Assembly: GCA_035542115.1 (NCBI GenBank)
Contig: DATKMC010000028.1
Coordinates: 2,251 to 66,250, forward strand
DNA length: 64,000 nucleotides
Source: Methanomicrobiales archaeon
Lineage (GTDB): Archaea > Halobacteriota > Methanomicrobia > Methanomicrobiales > JACTUA01
Reading direction: 5' to 3'
Positions within the stretch are counted from its first letter, which is position 1; every line of letters starts with the position of its first letter. The position numbers were made by a program, and so were the translations under genes. Below are positions 45,100 through 54,829 of the stretch, piece after piece. The notes beneath the pieces were generated by a model. That model saw only the letters and a program-made list of their open reading frames with translations, did no database searches and was not told the DNA's origin.

Positions 45100-45634
45100 G
45101 ATCATGCTTCGTGATGACGCCGGCCACCCGGCCGCCGTCCACCACGAGGACCGCATGGTTCTCCCTGAGGAGGTGGACCACATCCCGGACATCCGCCTCC
45201 AGCGGCACGGTGGGGAACCCCGGCTCCATGAAGTCCCGTACCGGCCGGCTCCCTGATCCGTGAAGGCCGCCCTCCTCGAGTGCCGAGACGATGGCCGACT
45301 CGGAGATGCACCCGACGGGAACCCCCCCATCGATGACCGGGAGCTGGGAGACGTCGTTCTTCTCCATGATCTCCACGGCCCCTGAGACGGGCTCCCCGGG
45401 CCCGACCGTGTACACCGGCGTGTGCATCACTTCCCCGGCCCGGTAGGGGGGCTTCTCCGCCTGGGAGAGGACGGCGACGATCCGGGTGAGGGTCGAAACC
45501 CGGGGGTCAACGGATCCCGATTCGATCCGGGCGATCATGGACTGGGAGATCCCCGCCTTCCGGGCAAGGCCGGTCTGGGTGAGTCCGAGCATCACCCGGC
45601 GGGCACGGATCTCCTCGGGGGTGGGGATATGCAC
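45080..45634 (-). CDS. XRE-type HTH + tandem CBS domain regulator
   Basis: N-terminal [31 protein letters not shown]-terminal CBS pair (VMHTPVYTV..., [12 protein letters not shown]...). Its 3' end overlaps tpiA by 20 nt. Confidence 0.85.
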   Translation of the reverse strand: MHIPTPEEIRARRVMLGLTQTGLARKAGISQSMIARIESGSVDPRVSTLTRIVAVLSQAEKPPYRAGEVMHTPVYTVGPGEPVSGAVEIMEKNDVSQLPVIDGGVPVGCISESAIVSALEEGGLHGSGSRPVRDFMEPGFPTVPLEADVRDVVHLLRENHAVLVVDGGRVAGVITKHDLIPLFS

Positions 45635-46101
45635 ATGAAGAATAGAGAACGGGATCTATATAACCCCAGCGAATTTTTGCGGTTCCTTCAGGGTGAGTGG
45701 GAGGAGTAAGCCCCCTTCTGTTCATGGCGGCATTCGGCTCTGCGCCAAACCTGGGCGGGCACCAGGCTGCCCATGGCCCGTTTCTGGCTTGCACCCGCAG
45801 GGGTTCACCGTTTCAACGCTTCCCGCCGATACGCTCCACGAATCGGTCGTATCATGGCTGGCGGCGGGCCGTGCCGTTTCTGTGTTATGGCCGTGGCTCT
45901 CGCCACCCGCACGTGGGTGCGGCTGCGAGCCTGGTCGGTGGGGGGACTTTCCTCAGCGGCCCCGAGGGGCCACCGTCGGCCGCCCTCTCCCTCTCCTATG
46001 AATATCGGCGGCCCCTTTATTTATTTCTCGCGCAGCTCGCAACCACCGGGAAAGGCACGCTCCCTCTCGTATTAATACAGGTGAGCCCTTTATGTATTCC
46101 C

Positions 46102-46668
46102 ATGAAGGTTCTCACACCCGAAGAGGGGGCCGCGGCCCTCGCCCTCGCCCGGCAGGCCCTCGGGGCGGGGGTCAGGAACGAGCCCTTCCCGCTGCCGGCC
46201 CTCCCGCCGGTCTTCTCCGAGAAGCGGGGGGTCTTCGTCACCCTCACCGAGGGGGGTAAGCTCCGGGGGTGCATCGGGCTCCCGTACCCAGTGATGCCCC
46301 TCGGGGAGGCGATCCACGAGGCCGCGGTCTCGGCGGCCCTCCGGGACCCCCGGTTCCCCCCCGTGGAGCCGGAGGAGCTACCGGAGATCCGCGTCGAGGT
46401 GACCGTCCTCTCGGTCCCGGAACCCCTGGCCGGGCCGCCGGAGAACCGGGAGTCCTGCGTGCGGGTCGGGGTCCACGGCCTCATCGTGCAGGGCCGGGGG
46501 AGGAGCGGCCTCCTCCTCCCGCAGGTGGCAACGGAGTACCGCTGGACCGCCTGCGAGTTCCTGGACCATACCTGCGTGAAGGCCGGCCTCCCTCCCGGCA
46601 CCTGGAAGGCGCCGGGGGTGCAGGTCCTCAGCTTCGAGGGGCAGATCTTCCACGAAGAGGAGCCCTGA
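46102..46668 (+). CDS. AMMECR1-domain protein
   Basis: RGVFVTL...LRGCIG signature, DPRFPPV and LLLPQV motifs. Start set at ATG 46102. Its stop is 6 nt before the tgtA start. Confidence 0.85.
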   Translation: MKVLTPEEGAAALALARQALGAGVRNEPFPLPALPPVFSEKRGVFVTLTEGGKLRGCIGLPYPVMPLGEAIHEAAVSAALRDPRFPPVEPEELPEIRVEVTVLSVPEPLAGPPENRESCVRVGVHGLIVQGRGRSGLLLPQVATEYRWTACEFLDHTCVKAGLPPGTWKAPGVQVLSFEGQIFHEEEP

Positions 46669-46674
46669 ACCTCA

Positions 46675-48126
46675 ATGGCCATCCGGTTCGAGGTGATGGA
46701 GAAGGACATCGCGGGGCGCCTGGGGAGGCTCCGGGTCGGGGAGAAGACCGTACGCACCCCGGCCCTCTTCCCCGTGGTGAACCCGCACCTGCCCCTCATC
46801 CCGCCGGCAGAGATCCAGGCTATGGGGGCCGAGGCCATCATCACGAACGCCTACATCTTCGCGACAAGCGAGCGGTTCCGGGAGCCGGCCCTTGCCGACG
46901 GCCTCCACCGGGTCCTCGGTTTTGACGGGGTCATCATGACCGACTCCGGGGCCTTCCAGCAGTCGGTGTACGGCGACGTGGAGGTCACGAACCGGGAGAC
47001 CATCGCCTTTCAGCAGGCCATCGGGAGCGAGATCCTCGTCCCCCTGGACATCGCAACCCCCCCGCAGGCCGACCGGGCCACCGCGGAGTCCGACCTCGGG
47101 ATCACCATCGGAAGGATCAGGGAGGCCGCGGAGGTCGCCGGGACGGAGCAGCTCGCCGCCCCCGTCCAGGGCGGGAGGTTCCCCGACCTCAGGGAAAAGG
47201 CCGGGCGTGCGGTCGCCGAGCTCGGGTTCTCCTTCACGCCCATCGGCGGGGTGGTGCCCCTCATGGAGGCCTACCGGTACAGGGACCTCGTCGAGGTCGT
47301 CCTCGCGGCGAAGCGGGGCCTCTCCCCGGCGTCCCTGGTCCACCTCTTCGGGGCCGGCCATCCCTCCATGCTCGCCCTCGCCGTGGCCATGGGCTGCGAT
47401 GTCTTCGACTCGGCGGCCTATGCCCTCTTCGCCCGGGAGGGGAGGTACCTGACGGCAACCGGGTCCCGGAAGCTCGATGAGATGACCGAGCTCTCCTGCC
47501 CCTGCGAGGCCTGCCGGGGCCGGACGGCCGCCTCGCTCCGGGAGGACCCCGGGTGCGAGGGACTCCTCGCCCGGCATAACCTCTCCATCACCCTACTCGA
47601 AATGGCTCGGATACGGGAGGCTATCCGGGAGGGGACCCTCTGGGAGCTCGTCGATGACCGGTGCCGGGGCCACCCGAGGCTCCTCGACGGGTACCGGGCC
47701 CTCCTCGAATATGCCGGCGAGCTCGAGGCCCGGGACCGGGTGTCGAAGAACCGGTTCTTCTACCGGGGGAGCGAGAGCTGCCTCAGGACCGAGGTGCACC
47801 GGCACCACCGGCTCATCGCCCGGGTTCCGGTGGCCGGGAGGGTCCTCGTCACCTTCACGGGAAGGGTCCTCCCCGGTTTCGACACGATCCTCTTCTTCAG
47901 GCCGCCCTTCGGGCCGTACCCGCCCGGGCTCGCCGAGACCTTCCCCGTCGGGCAGTCCGAGATCCCGTCGTGGGACCGGGACATGGTCGCGAGCGGGTGC
48001 ACCGGCATCCGGTCGATGATGGAGAGCCACCCGGGTGTCCCCTTCACCATCCTCGCACAGCCCGAGTGGGCGGAGCTGGTGAGGAGTGTGCTCCCCGGTG
48101 CCGAGGTGTGCCGTGAGCCTCTTTGA
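46675..48126 (+). CDS. tgtA: tRNA-guanine(15) transglycosylase (archaeosine TGT), short form with no recognisable PUA domain
   Basis: RTPALFPVVNP, MTDSGAFQ, VPLD and GGVVPL, plus zinc motif CPCEAC...H. 483 aa. Confidence 0.85.
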   Translation: MAIRFEVMEKDIAGRLGRLRVGEKTVRTPALFPVVNPHLPLIPPAEIQAMGAEAIITNAYIFATSERFREPALADGLHRVLGFDGVIMTDSGAFQQSVYGDVEVTNRETIAFQQAIGSEILVPLDIATPPQADRATAESDLGITIGRIREAAEVAGTEQLAAPVQGGRFPDLREKAGRAVAELGFSFTPIGGVVPLMEAYRYRDLVEVVLAAKRGLSPASLVHLFGAGHPSMLALAVAMGCDVFDSAAYALFAREGRYLTATGSRKLDEMTELSCPCEACRGRTAASLREDPGCEGLLARHNLSITLLEMARIREAIREGTLWELVDDRCRGHPRLLDGYRALLEYAGELEARDRVSKNRFFYRGSESCLRTEVHRHHRLIARVPVAGRVLVTFTGRVLPGFDTILFFRPPFGPYPPGLAETFPVGQSEIPSWDRDMVASGCTGIRSMMESHPGVPFTILAQPEWAELVRSVLPGAEVCREPL

Positions 48127-49744
48127 CATCCGGCGGAGGGACTGTCTCGCCCGGGAGGGAACCTTCTCCCACGGGGAATTCTCCGTCCGGACGCCGGGGA
48201 TCGTCGATATCGCCGCGGCTTTCCCCGGTCTCGACTGTGAGGAAGGGACAAACATCCCCCTTTCAGCGGATGCGGCCTTTATCTCCCGGTACCACCGCCC
48301 CGGGAAGGGGAGCCCGGTGGTGGTCCACCCCCTCGGGGAAGAGCAGGTTACCACGGGGGACCTTGTCGTCGCGGGGAATTGGCACACGGTCCTCTCCCGG
48401 CCCCGGGACTTCGTCCGGTACCTTGCCGCCCTGAAGGAGCGGGTACCCCCGGACACGGCCTGGTATGCTCCTGCGTCGGCACTCCCCTCCACCGTCGCCC
48501 TCCTCGTGTATGCAGGGTTTGACCTCTTCGATTACCGGGCAGTGGACCTCGCGGCGGCCCGGGGGTCTTTCTGCCTGCCGGAGGGGATCTTTCCCTCCGG
48601 GGCTTCCTGCGAAGGGGTCTGCGGGTGCGAGGGGTGTGCCTCGGGAGAATCCGGGCGCCACAACCGGCTCGCGCTGGACCGGGAGCTCGCCCTCGTGAGC
48701 CGGTTCATCGCCGGGTCGAGGCTCCGGGAGCTCGTCGAGGCCCGGTGCCGGTCCGATCCCCACCAGGTGGCCGTCCTCAGGCTCCTCGACGGTGAGGAGG
48801 CCCTCGTGGAGCCGCGGACCCCCATCGCCCGGTCCGTTCCCCTCATCGCCACCACCACCGAATCCCTCCGGAGGGTCGAGGTGGCCCGGTTCGGCCGAAG
48901 GGTCGTCGGCCGGTCGCCACCGCCCCTCCACGACGTTGCGGTCCTCCTCCCCTGCTCGGCACGGAAGCCCTACTCCACCTCTCTCTCCCACCGCAAGTTT
49001 GCAAAGGCGATACGGGGGAGGGCCCACGAGCTCATCGTCACCTCGCCCCTCGGACTCGTCCCCCGGGAGCTGGAGCGGGTGTACCCGGCGGCCCACTATG
49101 ATGTCCCGGTCACCGGCCACTGGGACCGGGAGGAGCTCGCCCTCATCTCGGCGGTCATCGCGGGGTATTTCGCCCGGCACCCGTACCGGCGGGTCCTCGC
49201 CCACCTCGACAGGGGCGCCCTCGGGGCGGCAGGGATGGCGGCCGATGCCTGCGGGATCGCCCTCGAGGTGACCGCGGGGGAGCACCCGACGGCGCCCGGC
49301 TCCCTCGCGGCCCTCGATACGGCCCTCGAGGGGGAGCGGAGGCGGCCCTCCGACATGGTGCGAGGGGTCCTCGCCTGGCAGTTCGGGGTTACCATCGACA
49401 CCCGGGGAATGACCCTCCGAGGAAGGCTGCCTCAGGAACGGGTGGAGCGGGGCGGGAAGATCCTCTTCACCCTCGATGCAGGCACAGGTCTCCTCCGCCC
49501 GACCTTCGACGGGTGGGCCCTCATCCCGGAGGGGTACCGGGTCCGGATCGATGCCTTCACCCCGAAGGGCGACATCCTCGCGCCTGGGATCGTGTCGGCC
49601 GATGGGGGGATTCGGGAAGGGGACGAGGTCCTCGTCGAGGGTGAGGGACTCTCCGCCACAGGCCGGGCGGCCATGGGCGGCCCGGAGATGCTCCGGTCCC
49701 GGCACGGCGTCGCGGTGCGGTTGCGTAAGCTAAAGAGCGATTAG
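48086..49744 (+). CDS. arcS: Archaeosine synthase ArcS (TgtA2-like) with C-terminal PUA domain
   Basis: TGT-like N-region, central Cys-rich CEGVCGCEGC, and a C-terminal PUA-like tail (GDILAPGIVSADGGIREGDEVLV). Start at ATG 48086 or GTG 48113, overlapping the tgtA end. Confidence 0.75.
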   Translation: MCSPVPRCAVSLFDIRRRDCLAREGTFSHGEFSVRTPGIVDIAAAFPGLDCEEGTNIPLSADAAFISRYHRPGKGSPVVVHPLGEEQVTTGDLVVAGNWHTVLSRPRDFVRYLAALKERVPPDTAWYAPASALPSTVALLVYAGFDLFDYRAVDLAAARGSFCLPEGIFPSGASCEGVCGCEGCASGESGRHNRLALDRELALVSRFIAGSRLRELVEARCRSDPHQVAVLRLLDGEEALVEPRTPIARSVPLIATTTESLRRVEVARFGRRVVGRSPPPLHDVAVLLPCSARKPYSTSLSHRKFAKAIRGRAHELIVTSPLGLVPRELERVYPAAHYDVPVTGHWDREELALISAVIAGYFARHPYRRVLAHLDRGALGAAGMAADACGIALEVTAGEHPTAPGSLAALDTALEGERRRPSDMVRGVLAWQFGVTIDTRGMTLRGRLPQERVERGGKILFTLDAGTGLLRPTFDGWALIPEGYRVRIDAFTPKGDILAPGIVSADGGIREGDEVLVEGEGLSATGRAAMGGPEMLRSRHGVAVRLRKLKSD

Positions 49745-49794
49745 ATCCAACACGGGAGAAGGAAGCTTCCATACGCTCCGGGGGGGGGAAGGGT

Positions 49795-50628
49795 ATGTAC
49801 CGCGTCGAAAAGGTCCTGCAGCTCTCGGAACGGGTCTTCCAGGTGTGGATCCGGGCCCCGCAGGTCGCGAGGAATGCCGAGGCCGGGCAGTTCCTCGTCC
49901 TCAGGCTGGACGAATGCGGGGAGCGGATCCCCCTCACCGTCTCAGCGGTGAAGGGCGATCTCGTCCGGGTGATCTTCATGACCGTGGGGAAGAGCACCAC
50001 CCGGCTCTCCCTCCTCTCGGCCGGTGACGACATCCGCGACGTGGCAGGGCCCCTCGGGAAGCCCACCGAGGTCCGGAACTACGGCACCTGCGCGGTCATT
50101 GGGGGAGGCGTGGGGATCGCCGGGGCGCCCCTCATCGCCCGGGCCCTCAAAGCCGCGGGGAACCGGGTCATCGGGATCCTCGGGGCGCGATCGGCGCCCT
50201 TCATGATCCTCGAGGAGGAGATGCGGGAGGCCTGCAACGAGGTCCTCGTTGCCACCGATGACGGGACCCTGGGGAGGAAGGGGTTCGCCGCCGACCTCCT
50301 GAAGGAGGTCATGGCGAGGGAGCACCTGGACGCCGCCTGGATCATCGGCCCGGCCATCATGATGAAGGTCACCTCGGAGGTTACCAGGCAGCCGGGCATC
50401 CGCACCTTCGTCTCCTTAAATCCCGTCATGGTCGACGGGACGGGGATGTGCGGCTCCTGCCGGGTGACGGTGGGGGGGAAGACCCGTTTCGCCTGCGTGG
50501 ACGGGCCGGAGTTCGATGCCCACAAGGTGGACTTCGATGCCCTCATGTCCCGGCAGCGGATGTACCTCGACGAGGAGAAGGTGGCCATGGAGCACCTCCA
50601 CCACGGCGGGTGCGGGGCTATGAGGTGA
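49795..50628 (+). CDS. Sulfide dehydrogenase-like FAD/NAD-binding subunit (NfnA/SudB; ferredoxin-NADP reductase family)
   Basis: FNR-like module (GQFLVLRL...RIPLT) and C-terminal 2Fe-2S Cys cluster GMCGSCRV...FACVDGP. Confidence 0.85.
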   Translation: MYRVEKVLQLSERVFQVWIRAPQVARNAEAGQFLVLRLDECGERIPLTVSAVKGDLVRVIFMTVGKSTTRLSLLSAGDDIRDVAGPLGKPTEVRNYGTCAVIGGGVGIAGAPLIARALKAAGNRVIGILGARSAPFMILEEEMREACNEVLVATDDGTLGRKGFAADLLKEVMAREHLDAAWIIGPAIMMKVTSEVTRQPGIRTFVSLNPVMVDGTGMCGSCRVTVGGKTRFACVDGPEFDAHKVDFDALMSRQRMYLDEEKVAMEHLHHGGCGAMR

Positions 50629-50633
50629 AGGAC

Positions 50634-51980
50634 ATGGCCGGGGCCGGGAGGCTGGATCTCGTGGGGAACTTCGCCGAGGTTGAGCCCGGGTATTCGGAGG
50701 CGGAGGCCATGGAGGAGGCGGGCCGGTGCCTCGCCTGCAAGAAGCCCGGCTGCGTGGGCGGCTGCCCGGTCTCCATCGACATCCCCTCCTTCGTCCTCGC
50801 CGTCTCCGAAGGGGATTTCCGGGGAGCCGCGAGGATCCTGAAGGCCGAGAACATGCTCCCGGCGGTCTGCGGGAGGGTCTGCCCCCAGGAGATCCAGTGC
50901 GAGGGGGTCTGCATCCTCGGGGTGAAGGACCGGCCCCTCGCCATCGGGAAGCTCGAGCGGTTCGTCGCCGACTGGGAGCGGGAGCATGGCATGGAGCTCC
51001 CGGCGGTCGCCCCACCGTCGGGAAAGCGGGTCGCCGTCGTCGGGTCCGGCCCCTCGGGGCTCACCGCCTCGGCGGAGCTTGCCCGGGCCGGGCATGCCGT
51101 CACCCTCTTCGAGTCCCTCCACGAGGCAGGGGGGGTCCTCATGTACGGCATCCCCTCCTTCCGGCTCCCGAGGGAGGTCCTGCGGGCCGAGATCGCCTCG
51201 GTCCTCTCCCTCGGGGTGGACCTCCGGCTGAACCACCTCGTGGGGAAGAGCGTCCCCATTCCGGAGCTCCTCTCCTATGATGCCGTATACGTCGCCACGG
51301 GGGCCGGCCTCCCCTTCTTCATGAACATTCCCGGTGAGCATCTGAACGGGGTTTATTCGGCGAACGAGTTCCTCACCCGGGTTAACCTCATGCACGCCGA
51401 CCGGTTCCCCGAGTACGATACGCCCGTGAAGCGGGGGTCCCATGTCTCGGTGGTGGGCGGGGGAAATGTCGCCCTCGACGCCGCCCGGGTGGCGCGCCGG
51501 CTCGGGGCCCGGGCCACCCTCGTCTACCGGAGGCGGGAGGAGGACATGCCCGCCCGGCTCGCCGAGGTCAGGCATGCGAAGGAGGAGGGGGTGGAGTTCC
51601 TCACCTGCACAAACCCGGTCCAGGTCCTCGGCAAGGACCAGGTCCAGGGGGTGGAGTGCATCCGGATGCGCCTCTGCGGCGAGGACGAGGAGGGGCGGGG
51701 CTGGTTCGAGCCAGAGGAGGGGAGCTCCTTTATTCTCGACGCCGATGTCTTCGTCGTGGCCATCGGCACCTCCCCGAATCCCCTCCTTCCCCGGTGCCTC
51801 GAGGGGCTCGCCTGCGGCCGGCTCGGGAACGTTGAGGTCGACCCGGACGGGCGGACCTCCATCCCCCATGTCTTTGCCGGCGGCGACGTGGCGACCGGGG
51901 CGGCGACGGTCATCCTCGCCATGGGAGCGGCAAAGACCGCTGTTTCGGCCATGAACCGGATGCTCCGCGGCGAGGGCTGA
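50634..51980 (+). CDS. Glutamate synthase small-subunit-like NADPH oxidoreductase (NfnB/SudA/GltD family)
   Basis: N-terminal Fe-S Cys motifs (CLACKKPGCVGGCP, CGRVCPQEIQCEGVC). Two dinucleotide folds (VAVVGSGPSGL, VVGGGNVALD). ATG 50634 is preceded by GAGGTGA; an alternative GTG lies at 50625. Confidence 0.85.
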   Translation: MAGAGRLDLVGNFAEVEPGYSEAEAMEEAGRCLACKKPGCVGGCPVSIDIPSFVLAVSEGDFRGAARILKAENMLPAVCGRVCPQEIQCEGVCILGVKDRPLAIGKLERFVADWEREHGMELPAVAPPSGKRVAVVGSGPSGLTASAELARAGHAVTLFESLHEAGGVLMYGIPSFRLPREVLRAEIASVLSLGVDLRLNHLVGKSVPIPELLSYDAVYVATGAGLPFFMNIPGEHLNGVYSANEFLTRVNLMHADRFPEYDTPVKRGSHVSVVGGGNVALDAARVARRLGARATLVYRRREEDMPARLAEVRHAKEEGVEFLTCTNPVQVLGKDQVQGVECIRMRLCGEDEEGRGWFEPEEGSSFILDADVFVVAIGTSPNPLLPRCLEGLACGRLGNVEVDPDGRTSIPHVFAGGDVATGAATVILAMGAAKTAVSAMNRMLRGEG

Positions 51981-52075
51981 GGGCATCTCCGGTCTTCCTG
52001 TTTCCTGATCCCTGATCGTGCCCTCGCGGAATTTCCGATCCCTTTTTCTCTTCCCCTGCAGGAGGTGGGGATGAC

Positions 52076-53062
52076 ATGAATGGGTGTATCCTCGTCCACG
52101 GCGGTGCTGGCCAATGGGAAGATGCCGGGAGGCGGGAGAAGGAGGTGATCGCCAGCCTCAGGGAGGCGGTGGAGGCCGGCCTTGCTGCCATGCAGGGTGG
52201 TTCCGCGGTGGACGCCGTCGCAGAGGCGGTGGCATCCATGGAGGGATCCGGGGCCTTCAACGCCGGAAAGGGAGCGGTCCTTAACCTCGCGGGGGGGCTG
52301 GAGCTCGACGCCGGGATCATGGACGGTGAGAGCCTCAGGTCCGGTGCGGTGGCGGCCGTCCGGGCGGTCCCCCACCCGATCCGGCTCGCGAGGATCGTCA
52401 TGGAGAGGACGGGGCACATCCTCCTTGTGAGTGACGGGGCAGGGGAGCTTGCGAGGGTATCGGGACTCGTGGGGGAGCTCCACCCGGCGGAGGCAAGGCT
52501 CAGGGAATACGAACGGGGGAAGGAGTCGTACCTGGCGGCCCCGGCTCACCGGTGGATCAAGGACCTCGGCCCCCGGTTCGCAGGGCCCCGGGAGGGCGAC
52601 ACTGTCGGGGCCGTCGCCGAGGACGGCGAGGGGAGGTTCGCCGCGGCGACGAGCACCGGCGGGCTCCCCTTCAAGCTACCCGGACGGGTCGGGGACTCGC
52701 CCCTCGTCGGGCATGGGTACTATGCTTTGCGGGGCGCCGGGGCCGCCTCCAGCTCCGGCGTCGGCGATGCCATCGCCCGGTACGGCCTCTCCCTCCGGGC
52801 CGTCCTCCGGATGGGTGACGGGACGCCAGCTCAGGATGCCGCTGCCAGCTCCATCGGGGAACTCACCAGCCTCTTTGGGCCGGACACGGCAGGGATCATC
52901 CTCCTGGACCGGAACGGATCCCCCGGGATTTTCTTCAACACCGGGAGGATGGCGGCAGGGTACGGGGTATCACGCTCCGGGCCGGAAGCAAGGATCGTCA
53001 TGAGGGAGGAGCTGGAGGGATTCGCATCTCTCCTGGGTAACCGGATGCGGGGTGATCGTTAA
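52076..53062 (+). CDS. Isoaspartyl peptidase / plant-type L-asparaginase (Ntn hydrolase)
   Basis: VHGGAG, FNAGKGAV and the autoprocessing site GDTVGAVA, then TSTGG and GDSPLVG. Confidence 0.85.
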   Translation: MNGCILVHGGAGQWEDAGRREKEVIASLREAVEAGLAAMQGGSAVDAVAEAVASMEGSGAFNAGKGAVLNLAGGLELDAGIMDGESLRSGAVAAVRAVPHPIRLARIVMERTGHILLVSDGAGELARVSGLVGELHPAEARLREYERGKESYLAAPAHRWIKDLGPRFAGPREGDTVGAVAEDGEGRFAAATSTGGLPFKLPGRVGDSPLVGHGYYALRGAGAASSSGVGDAIARYGLSLRAVLRMGDGTPAQDAAASSIGELTSLFGPDTAGIILLDRNGSPGIFFNTGRMAAGYGVSRSGPEARIVMREELEGFASLLGNRMRGDR

Positions 53063-53166
53063 GCCGAAAATGTGCACACTTCTTCTGATGGAATGAGGAT
53101 CCTGTGCAGGCACGACTCTGACTGGCATGACATGGCAATTAATACCTGAAGGATCAATTCTATCGC

Positions 53167-53652
53167 GTGGCAGACCGGCACAAGATCTACTCCTTCAATG
53201 TGGCCGCGGAATACCTCGGCATCAAGCCCCGGACCCTGCGGGCGTGGATCAAAGAGGGGAAGATCAAGAGCTTCAAGATGGGCAAGCTGGTGAAGATCCA
53301 TGGGAAGGATCTGAAGAAATTCATTAACCGGAACCGCCGCCATGATGCCCCGAACGACAGGAAGGTCCGCAAACAACTGATACTTGAGATTTTTCATGCC
53401 CTTGACAACAGTCCTGACCTTGCCCGGCGGGTCTTTCAGGAAGACTTCCCTGATGAGGAGGTTCAGGAGATCGCCAAAAAGCTGGCGGAATGGAGGGACC
53501 AGTCCTGGCAACAGGCCCTCCTCATGGGGGCCGTTCGGGACCTCGTGTATGAGATCGTGGAACACTCACGAGAGGATCCGGACACCCGGGAACGCTACAC
53601 CCGGCAGCCTCGTCCGGGTCCCGCATCTCCGGATCCTCCTGGGCCGAGGTAA
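53167..53652 (+). CDS. Excisionase/MerR-like helix-turn-helix DNA-binding protein with unknown C-terminal domain
   Basis: N-terminal YSFNVAAEYLGIKPRTLRAWIKEGKIKSFKMGKLVKIHGKDLKKFI fits the excisionase-family HTH pattern. GTG start. GC is somewhat below the local average. Confidence 0.6.
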   Translation: MADRHKIYSFNVAAEYLGIKPRTLRAWIKEGKIKSFKMGKLVKIHGKDLKKFINRNRRHDAPNDRKVRKQLILEIFHALDNSPDLARRVFQEDFPDEEVQEIAKKLAEWRDQSWQQALLMGAVRDLVYEIVEHSREDPDTRERYTRQPRPGPASPDPPGPR

Positions 53653-53738
53653 GCATCCCCTGTCCTCCCTCGAGATAGAGTTCATCGGGATCGGTGACAA
53701 TGAAAAAAAGCCGGGATCGGGGAATGGGAGCGCTCCCG

Positions 53739-54821
53739 TCACCCCTTCATCCCTGAGATGACCATGCCCCGGTTGTCGATCTTCGTCTCGACGGCCACCT
53801 TCAGGTTCAGGGGCCCGATGGCCTTCTCCAGCTCCTTCCGCCCCCGTTCCGTGATCACCGCGATGGTAGGTCCCACCGAGGACATGCCGACGAAGTCGAA
53901 GCCGGCCTCCCGGATCTTCGCCATGTACTGGTAGATGCGGAACCCGTGGTGCTCCACCTCGGCCCTCTTGCTGCCTCTGAACTCGATCTCCCAGAAGATC
54001 TTTCCCACCTTCTTCACGTCCCCCCGTTCCAGCGCGGGGATGAGGTCCATCATGACCATGTGGCACTTCACCTCCCGGTCCATGTAGTCCAGGCTCCTGC
54101 CCCGGTTCATGAGGAGCTCGATCTCCCGGGTGCCTGCCGAGGAGATGTCCGAGGAGGGGATCACGATGAAGACCTTCTGCCCCTCGGCGAAGGCATGGCG
54201 GTACACGAGGGCCAGGTCGTCCCCCATGACGGCCATGCCGCCGTGGGTGGAGACCGCGGGGCCGACCCCCGTCTCGAAGGCATAGGCGATCTTCCCTTCC
54301 CCGGTCTCCTCGACGAAGTTGTACCCCATGAGGAGCCGGAGCTCGTCCTCTGTGAGCGGGGAACCGACCGCCCGGTTCATGGCATTCAGGGCCGCGATGG
54401 AGATGGTAGAGGTGGACCCCATCCCGACGTGGTGGTACTCGTGGTCCCGGGCGCTGATGCGGAACCCGCCCTTATACCCCACCGCCTTCCGAAAGATCTC
54501 GGCATGGTGGCGGAGGACAGGCGCCCGGTCATAGTCGATCTCCACCCCCTTGGATATGCAGGTGACCTCGGCGGTACAGTACACCTGCAGCGCGAACCCC
54601 ACCCCTCCGCCGCCGGGCTTCCCTGGAGCGAACCGGTTCATGTCCAGCACGGTGAGGTGGATCCGTGCGGGGGCCTTCACGTGCACCGTGCCTTTCACCG
54701 GTTTCAGGCTGAACTTCTTCTTCTCGAAGCCGAGGGTGTTCACCTGCTCTCCGGGGCGGAAGGGCTGGAGGTCGTACTCCACGAGGTCCAGGTCCCCGCC
54801 CCTGATCGTCAGCTTGACCAT
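53739..54821 (-). CDS. GHMP-kinase-superfamily protein, beta-ribofuranosylaminobenzene 5'-phosphate (beta-RFAP) synthase-like
   Basis: GHMP motif II-like HHVGMGSTSTISIAALNA. APARIHLTVLDMN resembles the RFAP-synthase N-terminus but sits after a ~45-aa extension. 360 aa. Confidence 0.65.
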   Translation of the reverse strand: MVKLTIRGGDLDLVEYDLQPFRPGEQVNTLGFEKKKFSLKPVKGTVHVKAPARIHLTVLDMNRFAPGKPGGGGVGFALQVYCTAEVTCISKGVEIDYDRAPVLRHHAEIFRKAVGYKGGFRISARDHEYHHVGMGSTSTISIAALNAMNRAVGSPLTEDELRLLMGYNFVEETGEGKIAYAFETGVGPAVSTHGGMAVMGDDLALVYRHAFAEGQKVFIVIPSSDISSAGTREIELLMNRGRSLDYMDREVKCHMVMMDLIPALERGDVKKVGKIFWEIEFRGSKRAEVEHHGFRIYQYMAKIREAGFDFVGMSSVGPTIAVITERGRKELEKAIGPLNLKVAVETKIDNRGMVISGMKG

Positions 54822-54829
54822 GATAGCTT

